DNA of 38,670 nucleotides from a virus: IMG/VR virus record IMGVR_UViG_3300045988_088524, positions 1 to 38,670 of that record; one strand, 5' to 3'. Shown piece by piece: positions 32,882 to 38,670 of this stretch (position 1 is its first letter; each line of letters starts with the position of its first letter). The notes under the pieces were generated by a model. It saw only the letters and a program-made list of their open reading frames with translations, ran no database searches and was not told where the DNA came from. The position numbers and the translations under genes were made by a program.

Positions 32882-33658
32882 ATGGCTGGGTACAAAATTA
32901 CGCAAGATGTGTTTACATCGAAAATCAATATTTTGATTTACGGTGACCCAGGCGCAGGCAAGACATATCTTGCAGGCACAGCACAGGACGTGCCCGAAAT
33001 GCAGAACGTACACTTCTTCAACATTGACGGAGGTCTTATGACGCTGGCATCAAGAGGCGGTGACATCACAGCAACAGACATTCACAGTGTAGACGACCTT
33101 GAAAGAGAATTTTTCAAGGTTGCAAATCACGACCCCGAGTATAGCGGTGTAAAGACAGTTGTTATTGACAACATTTCAGAACTGTTGACATTGGCACTCG
33201 AGGAAGCTACCACCCGTGAATTCGCAGCACGTGTTAAGAAAAACAAGAACTATTCCATAGACGAAGTTTATCTGGAGGATTACAGTGTGGCGGGCAAGAA
33301 ACTGGCCCGCATTCTGAGAGGGTTCAGGGACTTGCCGCTTAACGTAATCTACCTTGCACACAAAAAGGACAAAATGCGCAAGGGCACAAATACTCTCGAA
33401 GCTTCGACGCCCAACCTCACGGACAAGCTCTGCGTGGCGGTATGTGGGTATATGGATTTCGTTGGGTATCTTTACACAGCGGACGAACAGGTAGAGCACA
33501 ATGGTCAGTACCAGACAGTGATGCACAGATACTTACTCACACAGCCCATGAACAACTACGTGGCCAAAATTCGCAATGACATAGTTGCGGAGCGTCTGGG
33601 GGCCTTCATACAGGACCCCACATTTACAAAGATTTATGATGCCTACAAAGGCATTTAA
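32882..33658 (+). CDS. AAA_24 / Sak4-like RecA-core ATPase
   Basis: Walker A is YGDPGAGKT and Walker B is VVIDNISE. Confidence 0.8.
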   Translation: MAGYKITQDVFTSKINILIYGDPGAGKTYLAGTAQDVPEMQNVHFFNIDGGLMTLASRGGDITATDIHSVDDLEREFFKVANHDPEYSGVKTVVIDNISELLTLALEEATTREFAARVKKNKNYSIDEVYLEDYSVAGKKLARILRGFRDLPLNVIYLAHKKDKMRKGTNTLEASTPNLTDKLCVAVCGYMDFVGYLYTADEQVEHNGQYQTVMHRYLLTQPMNNYVAKIRNDIVAERLGAFIQDPTFTKIYDAYKGI

Positions 33659-33675
33659 TTTAAGGAGGAAATAAC

Positions 33676-34200
33676 ATGAACAACCCATTTATGAGCAACC
33701 CAAATGCCCCCACCCCCACACCTGCGGCAGCTCCTGCAATGCCTGGTCAGTCTGTAAACGACGTCAACACGGGTTTTGAGGTTGACCTGACCGATGTACA
33801 GGAAATCGGTTTTACTGTTCCCGACGGCACATACAAGGCACAGTGCGTTGACATCGCGCAGGACGTGTCTAAGAGCGGCAATCCTATGTTCGTCTGGGAG
33901 TTCGAAATTGCTGAGGGCGACTACAAGGGTAGGACATTCAAGAGCTGGACTGCCATCACCCCTGCTGCTATGTGGAAAGTTGCTGAGACAGTCCAGGCCC
34001 TCGGTGTCGGTCAGACCGGACAGGTGGTAAAGTTTAAGAAAGGCGACGTGGTGGGTAAATTCTGCGGCATCGTCATAGAACAGGACGAATATAACGGCAA
34101 GCCCGCCTCAAAAATTTCCAGAGTAATCTCCCTGGAAGAAATGGCAAACATGGCGGCCACTTGTGAGCAGGATGCAACACCTGGCCCTATTCCTTTTTGA
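33676..34200 (+). CDS. DUF669-type ssDNA-binding-like protein
   Basis: It is the usual partner of AAA_24 genes. Contains VPDGTYKAQC...EFEIAEGDYKGR and ends in PIPF. Confidence 0.7.
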   Translation: MNNPFMSNPNAPTPTPAAAPAMPGQSVNDVNTGFEVDLTDVQEIGFTVPDGTYKAQCVDIAQDVSKSGNPMFVWEFEIAEGDYKGRTFKSWTAITPAAMWKVAETVQALGVGQTGQVVKFKKGDVVGKFCGIVIEQDEYNGKPASKISRVISLEEMANMAATCEQDATPGPIPF

Positions 34201-34206
34201 TGTACT

Positions 34207-35976
34207 ATGTTGATAAATACAACAGAGGCATTGGACGCCATCAAACCAAAACTGCTTGCGTGTACCGACCCCTGTGTGGACACCGAAACAACGGGCTTGT
34301 CGATTTTCGGCAATGTGAAACGCAAACGTGACCAAGTTATTGGGATATCTATTGACGTAGGCGACGAAGCATATTATTTCCCGTTTCGACACAAACAGGG
34401 TGTGAACCTGCCAATGGATTGTATGGATTTCTTTCGTGCGTACTTGGCAGACCCACACCGCACGTATGGAGGTTGGAACTACAATTACGACCTCCATATG
34501 ATGGCGTTCGATGGTATAGACATCGCACCCAATTTCGAGGACGCCATGCTCGCCATGCATCTATACAACGAGAACGAACCTGATTTCAAGTTGAAAGCCA
34601 CTGCCGACAGATATCATATCGGCGACGGCTCGCTGCAGGAATCAATTCTTGAGGACAAGGTGTTCGATGAGTGTCAGCGATTGGGGTTGGAGTGCAGCCG
34701 CTCACCCAGGGCAGCGAACAACGTAAAGTCTATGATGTACGTGCTGCCGCCTGAGGACGTAGAACCCTACGCTTGCGACGACGTGCGGCTGACGCGACAG
34801 ATTTTGGATTTGCTGCGACCCGCGTTAAAGGAGCGGGGGCTGTACGATATCTGGAAACAGGTTAACTACTACTCGTACATAGTTACGCTGATGGAGCATC
34901 GCGGCATGCACATCGACGCTGAGATGATAAAGCGGTATCAGCTGGAAGCGGTAGACCATTTAGCAGACGCGCAGCAACGGTTGAACAAGGCGGCGGGGTT
35001 CGAACTGAACCCGAACAGCTCTAAGAAAGTATGCGAGTTCCTGCACGTCACATCATCGGCAGCCGAGAAACTCGTCGAGGTGATTGACGCTGGAGGAAAG
35101 GATGCCGATAACGCTAAGCTCGTGCAGGAAGCGCGGGGCTGGAAATCGGTGGACAGCAGATACTATGCCCCTTATCTACAGTTGATGGACGAACACGACA
35201 CGCTACACTGCTCGCTGAACTTAATCGGCACCTATACCGGGCGGCTCTCGTGCACCAACCCCAACCTGCAGGCAGTAGCGAAGCACACGGATGTCTTCAA
35301 GGTAAAGGACGTATTTACAGCGCGACCGGGCTTTACCATGATACAGGCGGACTACAAGCAGGCAGAAATGCGCCTTGTGACGCATTACACCAAAGACCCC
35401 ATCATGAAAGAGCTGATAGAATCTGACGCGGACCTGCACTCAGCAACTGCTGAGAGGCTGAACATACCGCGAAATGCCGCTAAGCGCATCAACTTCTCGG
35501 TAATTTACGGTATAGGGTACAGGCACCTCGCTAGTAATCTGCGGGTAGAAGAGAAAGTCGCAAAAGAGTATTTGGACAAGTATCACGCACTTTATCCCGG
35601 ATTTAAGAAATTGATGTACCAGTGTGAGGATTTCGCCAAAACTCACGGATGCATTAAAATGTGGACGGGAAGAGCACGACATTTTAACACCCCTGAGTGT
35701 GACCCCCACAAGGCGATGTCAAATCTCATTCAGGGCGGTGTTGCTGAGATAGTGCGCGTGGCGATTTCCCGGTTGTACCCGGCAATCCGCGATATTGGTG
35801 GGTATATGCTGCTGCAGGTTCACGACTCAATCATTTTCGAGGTTCCGGACGATACGCTGCACATCGCGCTGCCGACCATCAAAATGGTGATGGAAGATTA
35901 CGACTTCGACCCCAAGCCTGGTGTGGACATTGAATACGGCAAGTCCTGGGGCACGTTCGAGAAGTGGAAGCCATAA
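34207..35976 (+). CDS. family A DNA polymerase with 3'-5' exonuclease domain
   Basis: ExoI VDTETTG, motif A DYKQAEMRL, motif B RNAAKRINFSVIYG and motif C LQVHDSIIFEV. Confidence 0.9.
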   Translation: MLINTTEALDAIKPKLLACTDPCVDTETTGLSIFGNVKRKRDQVIGISIDVGDEAYYFPFRHKQGVNLPMDCMDFFRAYLADPHRTYGGWNYNYDLHMMAFDGIDIAPNFEDAMLAMHLYNENEPDFKLKATADRYHIGDGSLQESILEDKVFDECQRLGLECSRSPRAANNVKSMMYVLPPEDVEPYACDDVRLTRQILDLLRPALKERGLYDIWKQVNYYSYIVTLMEHRGMHIDAEMIKRYQLEAVDHLADAQQRLNKAAGFELNPNSSKKVCEFLHVTSSAAEKLVEVIDAGGKDADNAKLVQEARGWKSVDSRYYAPYLQLMDEHDTLHCSLNLIGTYTGRLSCTNPNLQAVAKHTDVFKVKDVFTARPGFTMIQADYKQAEMRLVTHYTKDPIMKELIESDADLHSATAERLNIPRNAAKRINFSVIYGIGYRHLASNLRVEEKVAKEYLDKYHALYPGFKKLMYQCEDFAKTHGCIKMWTGRARHFNTPECDPHKAMSNLIQGGVAEIVRVAISRLYPAIRDIGGYMLLQVHDSIIFEVPDDTLHIALPTIKMVMEDYDFDPKPGVDIEYGKSWGTFEKWKP

Positions 35977-35983
35977 ACGCAAG

Positions 35984-36094
35984 CCTCTCCTGCAAAAGAA
36001 ACAGCACTTCCTTTGAACTGAAGACGTACTACACGTCCGTTTGTACTGCCAAGAGCAGAACGCAAGAGAGACACGTTCTCTTTCGCAGGAGAGC
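35984..36094 (+). other. structured intergenic element B (leader of the nucleotide operon)
   Basis: 35984-36002 pairs with 36075-36093 in a stem of about 17 bp. The 3' arm contains the AGGAGAG Shine-Dalgarno of ATG 36100. There is an inner hairpin GACGT-ACTAC-ACGTC. Confidence 0.55.
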
Positions 36095-36099
36095 ATATA

Positions 36100-36507
36100 A
36101 TGAGAGGGGTGATAAATGTGATTATAGCGGTAGACTTTGACGGTATTCTCTGTGAAGATGCTTTCCCCGAAATAGGAAAACCGAAATACCCTGTCATTTC
36201 AGCTGTTCGGCAGCTAATAGACGCGGGACACGAAGTTATTTTGTGGACGTCAAGGGTAGACGAGAGATTAAAAGATGCCGTTAAATGGTGCTCAGATTAC
36301 GGTTTGTATTTCTGTGCCGTAAACGGTAACGCCCCCACCAATGTGCTGAAATACAGCACAGACCCGCGTAAAGTCTACGCAGATGTCTACATAGATGACC
36401 ACAGTTTGCTGTTTATGAGGGACCAGAGGCTTTATAAAAAACCTATAACAGCAATAGTAAATGAAATCAACTACGTATTAAAGAATGAAACACAGGAGGA
36501 AAACTAA
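36100..36507 (+). CDS. HAD-superfamily phosphatase (5'-nucleotidase-like)
   Basis: Motif I is AVDFDGI, motif II is ILWTSR and motif IV is YIDD. An alternative GTG start is at 36118. Confidence 0.7.
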   Translation: MRGVINVIIAVDFDGILCEDAFPEIGKPKYPVISAVRQLIDAGHEVILWTSRVDERLKDAVKWCSDYGLYFCAVNGNAPTNVLKYSTDPRKVYADVYIDDHSLLFMRDQRLYKKPITAIVNEINYVLKNETQEEN

Positions 36508-36508
36508 T

Positions 36509-37615
36509 ATGGAAAACACTACAAGAGGTAAGATGACCGCAGTAATCGGTGCGCAGTACGGCTCTGAGGGTAAGGGTGCAATTGTTCGCCACATCGCAAA
36601 TGACTATCAGGTACACGTTAGAGTCGGCAGCCCTAATGCAGGACATACCATTTACTGGAATGGTGAAAAGCACATCATGCAGTCTATCCCTTGTGGCTGG
36701 ATAAACCCCGATGCAATTATCATAATCGGCAGAGGTGCGCTGCTTAACATGAAGCAGCTTATGTCAGAGCTGGAGCACATCGAAAAATACTACCCCGATT
36801 TCAGGGAGCGTTTCTTCATTGATGCCGAGGCTGGTGTACTTGACGAAAAGTTTCATGAACAGGAGGGCGGCATTTATGGGGAGATGCACCGCAGAATAGG
36901 CTCCACCGGTGAGGGCGTTGGTCCTGCACGTGTAGCCCGCATCAATCGTGACCCCAAGCAGTTCCGCCTCTTTAAGGACGTGGCGGTGGAGTACGGGCTG
37001 ACGAAATGCAAGTTTATAAACACCCCCTATTTCATCGCAACTATGCAGGACAGCGGCAGTAATATACTGCTTGAGGGTACACAGGGTTCGGGTCTTTCAT
37101 TGCTGCATTCTCATTGGCCCTACTGCACCAGCATTGACACGAACGCAGCAGGCATCATGTCTGAGGTTGGCCTTGCCCCCTCAAGATTAACTGATGTACT
37201 GCTCGTGGCACGTACATTCCCCATCAGAGTTGCTGGTAACTCGGGTCCCATGGAGAACGAAACATCATGGGACGAAATCTCCGAACTGGTTGGTCACCCT
37301 GTAACAGAAAAGACTACTGTTACGAAGAAAACCCGTCGTGTAGCTTTTTGGGATGATGGAGTATTTGACGCAGCATGTATGCTGAATGCACCCACCGAAA
37401 TCGCACTGACATTTGCGGATTATGTTGACCCTGGTATTGCAAACGTCAGCGGTAAAATGGAAACACTTGAAATGCTGTCGAAGACGTATCCCAAAATCGT
37501 TAATTTTGTCAACACACGCTCCTCTACGTTAGCAGAAAAACTCAAGTACATTAGCACGGGCCCTGACTCGATAATTGAAATCAACAGGATAGGAGCTAAC
37601 ACAGATGGCGAGTAA
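36509..37615 (+). CDS. purZ: adenylosuccinate synthetase homologue, PurZ-like
   Basis: Contains VIGAQYGSEGKGA, SPNAGHT, IGSTGEGVGPA, LEGTQGSGLS, TRRVAFWD, TFAD and ISTGPD. 368 aa. RBS CAGGAGGA. Confidence 0.65.
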   Translation: MENTTRGKMTAVIGAQYGSEGKGAIVRHIANDYQVHVRVGSPNAGHTIYWNGEKHIMQSIPCGWINPDAIIIIGRGALLNMKQLMSELEHIEKYYPDFRERFFIDAEAGVLDEKFHEQEGGIYGEMHRRIGSTGEGVGPARVARINRDPKQFRLFKDVAVEYGLTKCKFINTPYFIATMQDSGSNILLEGTQGSGLSLLHSHWPYCTSIDTNAAGIMSEVGLAPSRLTDVLLVARTFPIRVAGNSGPMENETSWDEISELVGHPVTEKTTVTKKTRRVAFWDDGVFDAACMLNAPTEIALTFADYVDPGIANVSGKMETLEMLSKTYPKIVNFVNTRSSTLAEKLKYISTGPDSIIEINRIGANTDGE

Positions 37616-38045
37616 CGTAAAATACGTGGATTTTACCCTTGAGGCAGGTGCCCAGCGTCCCATCAAGAAGCATGCGGGCGATGCAGGTTGGGACTTATTC
37701 GTGAGCGAGAAATGCGTCATCAAACCTGGCGAAACAAAGGATGTTCACACGGGCGTGCGAATGAATATGCCGCCTTTCCTCTTCGCTCGCATTACGGGCA
37801 GGTCTTCGAGTCTTCGCAAGTACAACCTGCTCATCAACGAGGGGATAATAGATAACGGTTACACAGGCGAACTTTTCGTGTGCGCTCATAACCTCGGTAA
37901 CAAGACTATCGTCATCGAAAAAGGCATGAGAGTCGCTCAGGTACTTTTCCACACCATCGAAGATGTTCGGTGGTGCGAGGTTGAAGAACTAAAACCATCT
38001 CCCGACAAGCGCGGGGACGCAGGTTTCGGCAGCACTGGTAAATAA
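37605..38045 (+). CDS. dut: trimeric dUTPase
   Basis: All five motifs are present: DAGWDL, GRSS, GIIDNGYTGE, RVAQ and RGDAGFGSTG. Confidence 0.9.
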   Translation: MASNVKYVDFTLEAGAQRPIKKHAGDAGWDLFVSEKCVIKPGETKDVHTGVRMNMPPFLFARITGRSSSLRKYNLLINEGIIDNGYTGELFVCAHNLGNKTIVIEKGMRVAQVLFHTIEDVRWCEVEELKPSPDKRGDAGFGSTGK

Positions 38046-38141
38046 GCGTATAAGTAACATCGGGCTTGGGTAAGAGGACCTTGTAAGTAGTTGATAGCGA
38101 AACAATAACCCGACGTTAATCGAAAGGAGCAGGAGGATAAC

Positions 38142-38670
38142 ATGAAAAATTGTAAAGGATGTAATGAATTTATGTGCGATGCAAGCGGGACGGATAGTGT
38201 TTCGGAGTATTGTGGAAACACTGACAAGTCCACCCGCAACCCCACCGAACACAAGTTTGAAAGTTTCGGTACGGGGGCTATCCGCGAGGACAAGACAGGA
38301 AAGGGTAGATGCGACCTGCTTCCCGTGTGTGCTCTCATTCGCCTTTCCAAGAGGTTTGAAGAGGGCAACAAAGACCACCCTGAAAGAAATTGGGAGAACG
38401 GTATACCGATGCACAGTTTCTTAGACTCCGCACTCCGCCATCTGTTCCGCTATCTTGATGGACAGACAGACGAAGACCACCTTTGTGCGGCCGCATGGAA
38501 CGTTGTGTGCGCTATGTGGACAGAAGAAAAACGCCCCGAAATGCAGGACATACCCACTAGGCTTGACCATCCAGCAGACACGTCAAATGAGCCAAACACA
38601 ACACCCGAAGATGATAAATGTGAGTATTGGCTTGGCGAATCAAATCCCCGCTGCCTTAACACCAAAAAAG
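38142..38670 (+). CDS. dATP/dGTP diphosphohydrolase-domain (MazZ-like) protein, 5' part; continues at 76..155
   Basis: Contains GAIREDKTGKGRCDLLP..ALIRLSKRFEEG......RNWENGIPMHSFLDSALRHLFRYLDGQTDEDHLCAAAWNVVCAMW. RBS AGGAGGA. The full length is 202 aa. Confidence 0.7.
   Translation, partial: MKNCKGCNEFMCDASGTDSVSEYCGNTDKSTRNPTEHKFESFGTGAIREDKTGKGRCDLLPVCALIRLSKRFEEGNKDHPERNWENGIPMHSFLDSALRHLFRYLDGQTDEDHLCAAAWNVVCAMWTEEKRPEMQDIPTRLDHPADTSNEPNTTPEDDKCEYWLGESNPRCLNTKK
38596..38670 (+). repeat. 75-nt exact duplicate of bases 1-75 (circular closure overlap)
   Basis: The match is exact, and an ORF is continuous across the junction. Confidence 0.9.

Noticed and set aside
36096-36101. TATAAT hexamer just before the HAD gene as an operon promoter
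   Set aside because: It overlaps the ATG at 36100, no -35 lies at 17-18 nt, and it lacks the TGn extension shared by the seven convincing promoters.
37605-38045. dUTPase-fold protein as a re-purposed dATPase or dCTP deaminase for the Z pathway
   Set aside because: All five canonical trimeric dUTPase motifs are intact, so the conservative call is an ordinary Dut. Any other specificity would be pure speculation.
1-38670. Lysogeny module (integrase, excisionase, CI-size repressor), tRNA or rRNA genes, transposases
   Set aside because: None was recognised in any frame. The only XRE-type regulator is small and sits in the replication region. The absence is judged by eye, not by an HMM scan.

Overview
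The window is one complete, circularly closed dsDNA phage genome of about 38.6 kb. Bases 1-75 repeat 38596-38670 exactly, and an ORF reads through the junction. The phage is siphovirus-type. Strong GGAGG ribosome-binding sites, a GH25 endolysin, XhlA, a SpoIIID-like HTH protein and a Listeria-Bacteroides repeat point to a Gram-positive, Clostridia-like host. The minus strand (20615 down to 478) carries terS, a PBSX-type terL, an SPP1-type portal and a MuF head protein fused to an HExxH domain. It continues with a displaced HK97-gp10-like gene, scaffold, major capsid, connectors and a major tail protein with a C-terminal B-repeat domain. Next come G/GT chaperones with a -1 frameshift, tape measure, Dit, Tal, a small distal tail protein and a lysis cassette. 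The strand ends with a six-gene accessory cassette that has its own promoter and terminators. The plus strand (21106 to 38670, wrapping to 450) carries early genes, DUF932, an SNF2 helicase and an XRE regulator. It also carries a primase-polymerase/helicase, a very long C5-cytosine methyltransferase, a Cas4-like nuclease, an HD hydrolase, a Sak4-like ATPase, a DUF669 SSB-like protein and a family-A DNA polymerase. It ends in a nucleotide-metabolism operon: HAD phosphatase, an adenylosuccinate-synthetase homologue with PurZ-like deviations, dUTPase, a dATP/dGTP-diphosphohydrolase-domain protein and a VRR-NUC nuclease. The main hypothesis is that this operon, with the HD hydrolase and PolA, replaces adenine with 2-aminoadenine (Z) in the phage DNA. 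A probable multispecific m5C methyltransferase would add a second layer of DNA modification. Other notable items are seven near-identical extended -10 promoters, two 22-bp hairpins with compensatory inner stems upstream of the late promoters, and iteron and operator arrays in the divergent control region. There is also a family of three roughly 110-nt structured intergenic elements. No integrase, tRNA or CRISPR array was seen. All homology calls come from motif recognition by eye, not from database searches.
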